Positions 28,762 through 37,133 of a DNA stretch of 64,000 bases are shown here, piece after piece. This DNA is from Thermoanaerobaculia bacterium (GTDB lineage Bacteria; Acidobacteriota; Thermoanaerobaculia; UBA5066; Gp7-AA6). The translations under genes and the position numbers were made by a program. Location: positions 103,236 to 167,235 of the forward strand of contig JAYRMU010000063.1 of the NCBI GenBank assembly GCA_041912555.1. The letters are read 5' to 3'. Below the pieces are notes generated by a model. The model did not search any database, was not told where the DNA came from, and worked only from the letters and a program-made list of their open reading frames with translations. How positions within the stretch are numbered: the first letter of the stretch is position 1; the number at the start of each line of letters is the position of its first letter.

Positions 28762-30183
28762 ATGAAGGTACGGTCGGTTCAACTAGGCCTGAGCGTTAGC
28801 CAGGCAACGGCTCGCGCAGACGAACTGCTGCGGGAGAGTGAGGCGCGGGCGTCGTGGGACCCGACGGTCCAATGGAACGAGGATCTGCCTGATGTGCTTC
28901 ATGCCCTTTGCCGGATTCTAAGGACGGCTGACCCAGGTGACCATGCTGGCGATGCGAAGAGTGTCTACCAGTATGCGTTGCGGCTTCCGTGGCCAGACGA
29001 GCTGGCTGACGAAAGAAGCGAAATTCTCGCGGCCCTCGCCTACCAGACGTGGAGTAGCTGCCTGCGGGATGGGCGATTCTCGGAAATGCGCGTGTTCGAA
29101 GCGAAGTGCGACATGCACGCACGAGAGCAGGAACTCGTTCGTGATTTTCTCAGTGTGCCTCTCGAGCAGCGGTCAAAGCTCCTCAGTGCGAGGTTCCTGT
29201 CAGACGCGTCCGTATTGATTTCAGCCATCTCCACATTGGATCGTCTAGTCAACACGGATCCAAGAACGACTCTTTCGTGGGGGCGGCAGCTTCTTGAGTG
29301 GGTATCGCGAGATCAGTCCTTGAGAGATCATGAGAGATCTTGGTTTGTTTGTCAGCTGTCGGTTTCGATCGCTGGCGCCCTGCGACACCTCGGGCACATG
29401 AACGAGGCGATGAATTGCTTATCCCGGGCGGAATCGGCGTTTGATCTTAGTCGCTTGAGCCCAGTACTAGGGACGCGGTTCGAATACGCCCGATTGACCC
29501 TGCTGTACGACCGGCGGGAGTACGTGGAGCTTCTCGGGCGTCTTCCCACGCTAGTGAGCAAGTTGGAGAGGTATGGGAGTGGGTCAGAACTTGCGAAGGG
29601 GCGGTTGCTTCATGCCTGCGCCCTCAAGGCAGTTGGGAGTCCTGAGGCGGTGGCTGCGTTTGAGAGCTTGCTGGTGACGGCTGAGATTCGCGACGATCGG
29701 CTGCTTCACGGCCTGACGCTCATGCACCTCGGTAATCTCCTGTTCGAGCAGGGGCAGTGCCTAAGGGCAGCTCTACTCTGCGAGCAGGCCCTCCAGCTGT
29801 TGAATCCGACTGGGGTCAAGTGGGCGATCGCTGACCTCCACGCCGTCATTGCGGAGGCTCTGCGACAAAAGGGTGACCTAACAGGCGCTGAGCGAGCGTT
29901 TCGGTCGGCGATTGAAGCGTGCCGCAGTCAGGGCGTTGCGGTTCGGACCTCTTACCTTCGGGTGCTTCTGGCTGAGACGCTGATTGCAAGCCAAAAGGAG
30001 CAGGACGCGGTCGCGGAACTAGTCGCGGCTATTCCGGTCATAGAGCGAGAGTGCCTTGCGAGCGAGGGGCTCGCAGCAGTGGCCCTGCTTAGAGAGGCAT
30101 TGACGCGACGTGAGGCCGACTCGGCGGCGGTTCGTGTGTTAAGGGAAGAGCTCGACGCCATGAGAAAGCGAGCCGGAAGCTGA
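28762..30183 (+). CDS. all-helical TPR-like protein, second copy (paralog of 27123..28241)
   Basis: 473 aa. TPR-like repeats are present (LMHLGNLLFEQGQCLRAALLCEQALQLLNP..., DLHAVIAEALRQKGDLTGAERAFRSAIEA...). The C-terminal roughly 90 aa are collinear with the first copy. Confidence 0.55.
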   Translation: MKVRSVQLGLSVSQATARADELLRESEARASWDPTVQWNEDLPDVLHALCRILRTADPGDHAGDAKSVYQYALRLPWPDELADERSEILAALAYQTWSSCLRDGRFSEMRVFEAKCDMHAREQELVRDFLSVPLEQRSKLLSARFLSDASVLISAISTLDRLVNTDPRTTLSWGRQLLEWVSRDQSLRDHERSWFVCQLSVSIAGALRHLGHMNEAMNCLSRAESAFDLSRLSPVLGTRFEYARLTLLYDRREYVELLGRLPTLVSKLERYGSGSELAKGRLLHACALKAVGSPEAVAAFESLLVTAEIRDDRLLHGLTLMHLGNLLFEQGQCLRAALLCEQALQLLNPTGVKWAIADLHAVIAEALRQKGDLTGAERAFRSAIEACRSQGVAVRTSYLRVLLAETLIASQKEQDAVAELVAAIPVIERECLASEGLAAVALLREALTRREADSAAVRVLREELDAMRKRAGS

Positions 30184-30324
30184 AACCTCGCGCCGAGATT
30201 CGATGCTGGGTGTCTGTGCGCCCAGGAGCCTTTCCTTCACAGTTCATCTGCAGAAGAAGAGGGGCCGCCGTGCCGTTCCTCTCCTAGGGCCGACAGGGAA
30301 AACCATCGTTCGGGTATCGTCAGG

Positions 30325-30960
30325 TTGTTGCAACCAATCCTCTACCTCCACGGCTTCGCGTCTTCGCCGGCCGGCCGAAAGATCGCGCTCCTCCGCGACG
30401 CCCTGCCATCCACCCGGTTCCGCCTCCTCGCTCCCGACCTCAACCAGCCCTCCTTCGAAAAGCTCGACTTCGAGGCGATCGTTACCACCGCCGTCCGCGC
30501 GGCGCAGGCGGATTCGCCCTCGGTGGTCGTCGGGAGCTCCCTCGGCGCCCTCGTGGCCCTGGCCGCGTGCCGGCGCGGGATCGCGGCGCCGCTTGTATTG
30601 ATCGCGCCGGCTCTGGGATTTGGCCGGAGGTGGATCGAGAAGCTCGCTCCCGGGGACCCGATCCCGCTCTTCCACCACGGAATGAATCGTGAGGTTCCGA
30701 TTCACCGGCGCTTCTTCGAGCAGATGGCCGCGCTCTCCGCGGATCGCGACGCCCCGACGCAGCCGGTCTCGGTCCTGATGGGGGCGAAGGACGAGAGCGT
30801 TCCGTTCGACGGCGTCTCCGAGACCTGGCGCCGCTGGGAGGCGAGCGGGGGCCTGCGCGAGGGGTCGCGGTTCATCGCGATCCCGGACGGCGACCACGGG
30901 CTGGTGGCTCACGTGGACCGGATCGCCGCCGAGATCCGGGCGCGCGCGGCGACCGGATAG
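30325..30960 (+). CDS. alpha/beta hydrolase (YqiA/UPF0227-like esterase)
   Basis: ILYLHGFASSPAGRK...VVGSSLGALVALAA (GxSxG)...DGDHGL. A TTG start is assumed. Confidence 0.65.
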   Translation: MLQPILYLHGFASSPAGRKIALLRDALPSTRFRLLAPDLNQPSFEKLDFEAIVTTAVRAAQADSPSVVVGSSLGALVALAACRRGIAAPLVLIAPALGFGRRWIEKLAPGDPIPLFHHGMNREVPIHRRFFEQMAALSADRDAPTQPVSVLMGAKDESVPFDGVSETWRRWEASGGLREGSRFIAIPDGDHGLVAHVDRIAAEIRARAATG

Positions 30961-30972
30961 AATCGCGGCCTC

Positions 30973-31731
30973 ATGGCGCTTTCTGGTCTGGGCCTCTTCC
31001 TGCTCGAAGCCTGTGCGGGCACCGCCTTTCTGCTGCTCTTCTTCCCGCCGAAGGTGCTGGGAAGGGGGTTCTTTGCGCTCCACGGGGGGCTGGCGGCCCT
31101 CTTTGCCGGCCTGGCCCTCCTGGTCAAGCCCGCGGGCCTTCCGCCCGCGACCGCGGCCGTGGCCACGGGGCTGCTGGTCGCCTATACGCTCCAGGCGCAC
31201 TGGGGCTGGGCGAGCCAGGGCCGGCTCGTGCTTCTCGCGGGGGCGGCGTGCGCGGGGTGGTGTCTGGCCCGCGTCGCCGTGGTGGCGCCGCTCCACTCGG
31301 GAAGCGGGTGGACGGTCGTCGGAGCCGCTGCGGGCGGCCTCTTCTTCGGGTCGGTCCTCCTGATCATGAACCTCGGACACTGGTACCTCGTCTCGCGCGC
31401 CCTGCCGTTCCAGCTGCTGGCGCGGGGGGCGGCGCTCTTCGCCGGCCTCGCGATCTTCCGCACCCTCTACCTCGGCGTCTCGGTGGCCTGCCACCCCGGA
31501 TCGGAAGGCCTTCACACCCTCCTCTCCCTCGAGCGGGACGCGCTCTTCTTTCTCTTCCGGGTCCTGTGGGGAATCGTCGGGCCGCTCGCGCTGTCCTATT
31601 TCATCTGGAGGACCGCGGAAATGAAGTCGAACCAGGCGGCGACGGGCCTCCTCTACGTCGCGCTCGTGTTCGTGCTGATCGGGGAGCTCCTGTCCTCGTA
31701 CCTGACCGTTGCGACGGGATTCCCCGCGTAG
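30973..31731 (+). CDS. integral membrane protein (hypothetical, about 7 TM)
   Basis: Hydrophobic throughout. No recognisable motif. Confidence 0.5.
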   Translation: MALSGLGLFLLEACAGTAFLLLFFPPKVLGRGFFALHGGLAALFAGLALLVKPAGLPPATAAVATGLLVAYTLQAHWGWASQGRLVLLAGAACAGWCLARVAVVAPLHSGSGWTVVGAAAGGLFFGSVLLIMNLGHWYLVSRALPFQLLARGAALFAGLAIFRTLYLGVSVACHPGSEGLHTLLSLERDALFFLFRVLWGIVGPLALSYFIWRTAEMKSNQAATGLLYVALVFVLIGELLSSYLTVATGFPA

Positions 31732-31739
31732 GCCTCGCG

Positions 31740-32198
31740 ATGCGGGCAAGGCACTACTGCGCGGACTGCCTCACGGCCCGCGAGCACGCGGAAACGGACG
31801 GAGGAGACTTCGCCTGCGCGAAGTGCGGCAAGACGTACGCGGCGCACTTCGAGGGCGTCGCGGGAGCGGAGGGCGTCGAGCAGTGCGCCTTCTGCGGCAA
31901 CCACTCCTTCTTCCTGCAGAAGGACTTCGACCAGCGCCTCGGCTGCCTGATCATGGCCGTCTCGCTGGTCCTGGCGCTCTTCGTGGGGTGGAAGTTCGGC
32001 TGGATCTGGTTCACGCCCGTCCTTCTGGCGACGGTCGTGGTGGACTGGATCGTCGCCGCCCGGATCCGTCCGGTCACGATCTGCTACCGCTGCGACGGCG
32101 AGTACCGGGACGTCCCGGTCCACCCTCGCCACAAGGGCTACGATCCCCACGTCGCGGAGCGCTTCGCCGGGACGAAGACGGTCCGCCGCATGCGATGA
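31740..32198 (+). CDS. zinc-ribbon membrane protein (hypothetical)
   Basis: CxxC...CxxC pairs (YCADC...CAKCG, CAFCG...CYRCDG) flank two TM helices. Confidence 0.5.
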   Translation: MRARHYCADCLTAREHAETDGGDFACAKCGKTYAAHFEGVAGAEGVEQCAFCGNHSFFLQKDFDQRLGCLIMAVSLVLALFVGWKFGWIWFTPVLLATVVVDWIVAARIRPVTICYRCDGEYRDVPVHPRHKGYDPHVAERFAGTKTVRRMR

Positions 32199-32785
32199 AG
32201 ATCTACGACGTCTCGCGCCGCATCTCGGAGGAAACGCCGGTCTGGCCGGGCGACGTGGGCTTCAGCTGGCGCGAGATCGCGAGCCCGGGCGCGGCTGCCC
32301 CGTGGGGCTCGACCTGCTTCTCGATGAGCGCCCACTGCGGCACGCACGCGGACGCGCCGAGCCACGTCTTCACGGACGGCAAGACGATCGAGGAGGCGGT
32401 CCTCTCCGCCTTCCTGGGCCCGGCCCGGGTCGTCGAGCTCCCCGGCCTCGGAGAGGTCGGGCCGGACGCCCTCCCGAAAAGGGCCCTCGGTGTGGCGCGC
32501 GTCCTGTTCCGCAGCGGCGGCAAGGCGTCGCTCTCGCCCCTGGCCGCCCTCCAGCTCGCCGCGCACGGAACGCAGCTCGTCGGCACCGACGCGCCGTCGA
32601 TCGACCCCGAGGATGCCGAAGACCTGCCCGCGCACCGGGCCCTCCTCGGCGCCGGCGTCGCCCTGCTCGAGGACCTCGATCTCGCCGCCGTCTCCGAGGG
32701 CGTGTACCAGCTCGTGGCCCTGCCGCTGCGCTTCGCGGACCTCGACGCCTCGCCGGTCCGGGCGATCCTGATCGCGGACGAGTAG
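32195..32785 (+). CDS. cyclase-family protein (kynurenine formamidase / arylformamidase-like)
   Basis: HCGTHADAPSHVF...LVGTDAPSIDP. ATGA overlap with the upstream gene. Confidence 0.7.
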   Translation: MKIYDVSRRISEETPVWPGDVGFSWREIASPGAAAPWGSTCFSMSAHCGTHADAPSHVFTDGKTIEEAVLSAFLGPARVVELPGLGEVGPDALPKRALGVARVLFRSGGKASLSPLAALQLAAHGTQLVGTDAPSIDPEDAEDLPAHRALLGAGVALLEDLDLAAVSEGVYQLVALPLRFADLDASPVRAILIADE

Positions 32786-32804
32786 GGCCGGCCGCGCCGC
32801 CCGC

Positions 32805-34112
32805 CTAGGGGAAGAGCCCCCGGAGCCGGGTCGCCTCCTCGACGCGCCCGACGGCGAGGATCAGCGCTCCCGTCCTCAGGTCCGTGTCGTGCCGGCGGGC
32901 GGTTTCGGCCACGTCCTCGTAAGCGCGCCGGATCGTGCGCTCGAGGTGATTGCGCACGACGTCCGGATCCCAGAAGAACGAGTAGAGGTCCTGGACCCAC
33001 TCGAAGTACGAGACGGTGACGCCGCCCGCGTTGGCGAGGATGTCGGGGATCACGACGGCGCCGTTGCCGCGGAGGATGTCGTCGGCGTCGGGCGTCGTCG
33101 GGCCGTTGGCCGCCTCGGCGATGATCTTCGCCTTGACCCGCGGCGCGTTCTCGCGCGTGATGACGCCCTCGAGGGCCGCGGGGACGAGGATGTCCACCGG
33201 GAGCTCGAGCAGCTCGGCGTTGGAGATCTTCTGCCCCCGCGTGGCGGTGACGGTTCCCTTCTTGTCCTTGGCGGCGTTGACGAGATCGAGGTCGAGGCCC
33301 TTCTTGTCGTAGATGCCGCCCCGCGAGTCCGACAGGGCCACGACCTTCGCGCCTGCCTCGTCGAGGAACCGGGCGACGTGCGCCCCGGCATTCCCGTAGC
33401 CCTGGACGGCCGCGGTCGCGCCCTTGAGCTTCAGGTGCAGCCGTTTGGCGGCCTCGTCGATGGCGACGAAGCAGCCCTCGGCCGTGGCCTCGTTCCGGCC
33501 GGCGGACCCGCCGAGCGGAATCGGCTTGCCCGTGACGACGCCGAGCGTCGAGTAGCCCTGCGTCATCGAGAAGGTGTCCATGATCCACGCCATGTGCTGC
33601 GGGGTGGTGTAGACGTCGGGGGCCGGGATGTCGCGGTCGTGGCCGAGGACGATCGCGATCTCGGAGGTGTAGCGGCGCGTCAGGCGCTCGTTCTCGTCCA
33701 TCGAGAGCTTCTTCGGGTCGACCGTGATGCCGCCCTTGGCCCCGCCGAACGGGATGTTGACGACCGCGCACTTCCAGGTCATCCACATCGCCAGCGCCTT
33801 GACCTCGTCGAGCGTGACGCCCGGGTGGAAGCGGATGCCGCCCTTGGATGGGCCGCGGGCGATCGAGTGCTGCACGCGGTAGCCCGTGAAGACCTTGACC
33901 TTCTTGTTGTCCATCCTGACCGGGATCGAGACGGTGAGCTGGCGCTTCGGGCTGCTCAGGACGGCGCGCGTGCCGGGGTCCAGGGAGAGAAAGTCCGCGG
34001 CCCTCTCGAACTGCTGCAGGGCGAAGCCGAACGGGTTCAGGTTCTCGGGAGCGACGGGGGGCGCGGGCTTGACGGGTGCGGGGCGGGCGGCGGGTTTGCG
34101 CTTGGTGGCCAT
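32805..34112 (-). CDS. gdhA: NAD(P)-specific glutamate dehydrogenase
   Basis: GPSKGGIRFHP...FGGAKGGI...VQGYGNAGAH...DILVPAALEGVIT. Confidence 0.9.
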   Translation of the reverse strand: MATKRKPAARPAPVKPAPPVAPENLNPFGFALQQFERAADFLSLDPGTRAVLSSPKRQLTVSIPVRMDNKKVKVFTGYRVQHSIARGPSKGGIRFHPGVTLDEVKALAMWMTWKCAVVNIPFGGAKGGITVDPKKLSMDENERLTRRYTSEIAIVLGHDRDIPAPDVYTTPQHMAWIMDTFSMTQGYSTLGVVTGKPIPLGGSAGRNEATAEGCFVAIDEAAKRLHLKLKGATAAVQGYGNAGAHVARFLDEAGAKVVALSDSRGGIYDKKGLDLDLVNAAKDKKGTVTATRGQKISNAELLELPVDILVPAALEGVITRENAPRVKAKIIAEAANGPTTPDADDILRGNGAVVIPDILANAGGVTVSYFEWVQDLYSFFWDPDVVRNHLERTIRRAYEDVAETARRHDTDLRTGALILAVGRVEEATRLRGLFP

Positions 34113-34158
34113 GCTTCTCTCCTTCGCCTTCGCGGCAGCCAGCGGGGGAGGGGCCGGC

Positions 34159-35616
34159 TCAGGGCCCCGTTAAGGGCAGCGTCGCGGCGGCGCGGCGCGC
34201 GAGCTCCCAGAGCGACGACGGGAAGACGCCCAGGGCGAAGATCGCCGCGGCGCACAGCGCCAGGGCGAGGCGGTCGGCGGGCGCGAGCCGGGGGGGCGGC
34301 TCGGTCTCGACCGGTTCGCGCATGTAGAGGATGTAGACGACCTTCAGGTAGTAGCCGATGGACACGAGGCTGTTGGCGACGCCGACCAGGGCGAGCGTGT
34401 AGAAGCCCCTCTCGACGGCGGCCTTGAACAGGAAGAACTTTCCGATGAACCCGGCCGTCGCCGGGATGCCCGCCAGGGAAAAGAGGCACAGCGCGAGCAC
34501 GGCGGCGGCGAACGGGGCGCGCCGCCCGGCGCCGGCGAGCAGCGCGACGGGGTGCGGTTTCGTCTCGTCGCGGTAGAGCGCCGAGACGGCCGCGAACGCG
34601 CCGGCGTTGGAGGCGAGGTACGCGAAGAAGTAGACGATCACGGCGGCCAGCGCGTCGCGGCCGAAGACCGCCAGGGCGATGGTCACGTAGCCCATCTGCG
34701 CGATGCCCGAGTACGCCAGCAGCCGCTTGATGTCGCGCTGCGCGAGGGCGACGACGTTGCCGAGGGTCATCGAGAGGATCGCCAGGCCGGCCAGGCCCGC
34801 GCGGAACCGGTCGGGCATCCCGTTCTCGAAGACCGCGGCGAAGACGCGGAAGAGGACGAGGACCGCGGCTCCCTTGGGCGCCACGGAAAGGTACGCGACG
34901 GCGGGCGTCGGCATGCCCTGGTACACGTCCGGCGCCCACGCGTGGAACGGAGCGAGCGACATCTTGAAGCCGAAGCCGACGAGCAGGAAGAGCAGCCCGA
35001 AGACGACGGAGGGGCTCTCGACGAGGCCCGGCCGGGTGAGGTCCTCGATCCTCGTCCCGCCCGCGGCCCCGAAGAGCAGGGCGATGCCGTACAGCGTGAA
35101 GGCGGACCCGAAGGCGCCCGTCAGGAAGTACTTGAGCGCCGCCTCGGAGGAGGCCGCCACGCGGCGGAAGATGCCCGCGAGGACGTAGAAGGCGAGGGAC
35201 AGCGTCTCGAGACCGATGAAGATCAGGAGCAGGTCGAGGCCCCGGATCATGAGCGAGACGCCGACGTGCCCCCAGAGCAGGAGGGCGTAGAACTCGCCCC
35301 GCTCCTCGCCGGTCCGCTCGAGGTACGGCCGGGCGATCAGGATCGCGAGGCCCGCGGCGGCGCCGATGAAGAGGCCCATGAGGACGGTCAGCGGGGACGT
35401 CGCGAAGCGGCCGCCGAAGGTCGTGCCGAGGGGCGTGTCGACCAGGAAATAGAGGGACGCGGCGACCCCCGCGAGGGCGATGGTCGCGGAGGCGCGGCGC
35501 CACGAAGGGGCGAACGCCTCGAGGAGCAGCACGAGGCAGCCCGCCGCGACCAGGGCGATCTCGGGGGCGATCGACACGAGGTCGGCGTGGGTGAAGTGCA
35601 CGAAGCTCTCGGTCAC
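34159..35616 (-). CDS. nuoN: NADH-quinone oxidoreductase subunit N
   Basis: 485 aa. Polytopic antiporter-like subunit. The GTG start overlaps the nuoM stop. Confidence 0.85.
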   Translation of the reverse strand: MTESFVHFTHADLVSIAPEIALVAAGCLVLLLEAFAPSWRRASATIALAGVAASLYFLVDTPLGTTFGGRFATSPLTVLMGLFIGAAAGLAILIARPYLERTGEERGEFYALLLWGHVGVSLMIRGLDLLLIFIGLETLSLAFYVLAGIFRRVAASSEAALKYFLTGAFGSAFTLYGIALLFGAAGGTRIEDLTRPGLVESPSVVFGLLFLLVGFGFKMSLAPFHAWAPDVYQGMPTPAVAYLSVAPKGAAVLVLFRVFAAVFENGMPDRFRAGLAGLAILSMTLGNVVALAQRDIKRLLAYSGIAQMGYVTIALAVFGRDALAAVIVYFFAYLASNAGAFAAVSALYRDETKPHPVALLAGAGRRAPFAAAVLALCLFSLAGIPATAGFIGKFFLFKAAVERGFYTLALVGVANSLVSIGYYLKVVYILYMREPVETEPPPRLAPADRLALALCAAAIFALGVFPSSLWELARRAAATLPLTGP

Positions 35617-37133
35617 TGGCCCACCTGCACGGCCTGCTTGGCGAGGACGCTCTTCTGGAGCGTCTCGACCGCCGGGCGGATCCGGTCGAGCACGTCGTTG
35701 GGCCGCACTCCGATCCAGACCATGAGGACGACGAGCGTGGCGGCGGCGATGAACTCGCTCGGCCGGATGTCGGTGAGCTTGCGGTTCTCCTCGTGGGCGA
35801 ACGGGTTCCAGAACACCCGCTGCACCAGCGTCAGCATGTAGATCGCGGACAGGATGACGCCGCTCGCCGCGGCGTAGGCCCACCACCGGTGCGGCGAGAG
35901 CCACGTCCCGAGCAGGATCGTGAACTCGCCGACGAACCCGTTCAGGCCGGGCAGGCCGATCGAGGACAGGGTCGCGATCAGGAAGAGCGCGGTGGTCACC
36001 GGGACGACCGCGGCGACTCCGCCGTACGCGTCGAGCTCGCGGGTGTGGCGGCGCTCGTAGAGGACGCCGACGAGCAGGAACAGGGCGCCCGTCGAGAGGC
36101 CGTGGTTGACCATCTGGAGGATCGACCCCGAGAGGGACATGGTCGTGAACGCCCCGACGCCGATGACGACCAGGCCGAGGTGCGAGACGGAGGAGTAGGC
36201 GACGAGCCGCTTCATGTCGTGCTGGGCGTACGCGACGAGGGCCCCGTACACGACGCCGATGACGCCGAGAAGGCCGAGGAGCCAGGCGTAGCGCATCGCG
36301 GCGCCGGGGAACAGCGGCAGGGCGAAACGCAGGTAGCCGTACACGCCGAGCTTCAGGAGGACGCCCGCGAGGATGATCGAGCCGGCCGTCGGCGCCTCGG
36401 TGTGGGCGTCGGGCAGCCAGGTGTGGAGCGGAAAGACGGGGACCTTGATCGCGAACGCGAGGGCGAAGGCGAAAAAGAGCAGCGTCTCCGTGCGGCCCGT
36501 GAAGGTGAGGCGGTAGAGGTCCTCCAGGGCGAACGACCAGATGCCCGTGGCGGACTGGTGCCGGATCGCGATGAAGAGGATCGCCAGGAACATCAGCAGG
36601 CTGCCCGCCATCGTGAAGAGGAAGAACTTCATCGAGGCGTAGATGCGGCGCGGACCGCCCCAGATGCCGATGATGAAGTACATCGGGACGAGCATGACCT
36701 CCCAGAAGACGTAGAAGAGGGCGAGGTCGAGGGCGACGAGGCTGCCGAGCATGCCGGTCTCGAGGATCAGGAACGCGATCGAAAAGCCGCGAACTTCCTT
36801 CTCGACGTGGGACAGGGAGAAGAGGAGCGCGACGGGCGTCAGCACCGTCGTCAGCAGGACGAGCAGAAGCGAGATGCCGTCGAGGCCCACGTTGTACGAG
36901 ATGCCGAGCTGGGGGATCCACGTGAGCTTCTCGCGGAACTGGAACCCCTCCTGGGTCAGCGAGAACCGCGTCCAGAGCGGCAGCGACACGAAGAGGTCGA
37001 GGAGCGAGACGGCCAGGGCGGCGTTGCGCGCGGCCTTCGGCGCCGACCGGGGAAAGAGCAGGAGAAGCACGGCGCCCGCCGCCGGCAGGAACACGACGAC
37101 GCTCAGCAGGTGATCGTGCAGGAGGGCCTCCAT
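35613..37133 (-). CDS. nuoM: NADH-quinone oxidoreductase subunit M
   Basis: 506 aa. WLPDAHTEAPTAGSIILAGVLLKLG and related motifs. Confidence 0.85.
   Translation of the reverse strand: MEALLHDHLLSVVVFLPAAGAVLLLLFPRSAPKAARNAALAVSLLDLFVSLPLWTRFSLTQEGFQFREKLTWIPQLGISYNVGLDGISLLLVLLTTVLTPVALLFSLSHVEKEVRGFSIAFLILETGMLGSLVALDLALFYVFWEVMLVPMYFIIGIWGGPRRIYASMKFFLFTMAGSLLMFLAILFIAIRHQSATGIWSFALEDLYRLTFTGRTETLLFFAFALAFAIKVPVFPLHTWLPDAHTEAPTAGSIILAGVLLKLGVYGYLRFALPLFPGAAMRYAWLLGLLGVIGVVYGALVAYAQHDMKRLVAYSSVSHLGLVVIGVGAFTTMSLSGSILQMVNHGLSTGALFLLVGVLYERRHTRELDAYGGVAAVVPVTTALFLIATLSSIGLPGLNGFVGEFTILLGTWLSPHRWWAYAAASGVILSAIYMLTLVQRVFWNPFAHEENRKLTDIRPSEFIAAATLVVLMVWIGVRPNDVLDRIRPAVETLQKSVLAKQAVQVGQ

Larger units (their letters stand above)
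26380..30320. other. low-GC island (roughly 50-55% GC by eye versus about 70% in the flanks) carrying two tandem sigma-region-2-only + TPR-like gene pairs; probable horizontal acquisition
   Basis: Abrupt compositional shift visible in the raw sequence (A/T-rich codons, AGGAG-type RBS). No integrase, transposase, tRNA or flanking direct repeats were recognised. Confidence 0.6.

Noticed and set aside
26310-30330. Direct repeats, integrase, or a tRNA flanking the low-GC island (classical genomic-island signatures)
   Set aside because: None were found by eye at either boundary, so the island is reported as compositional only, not as a mobile element.
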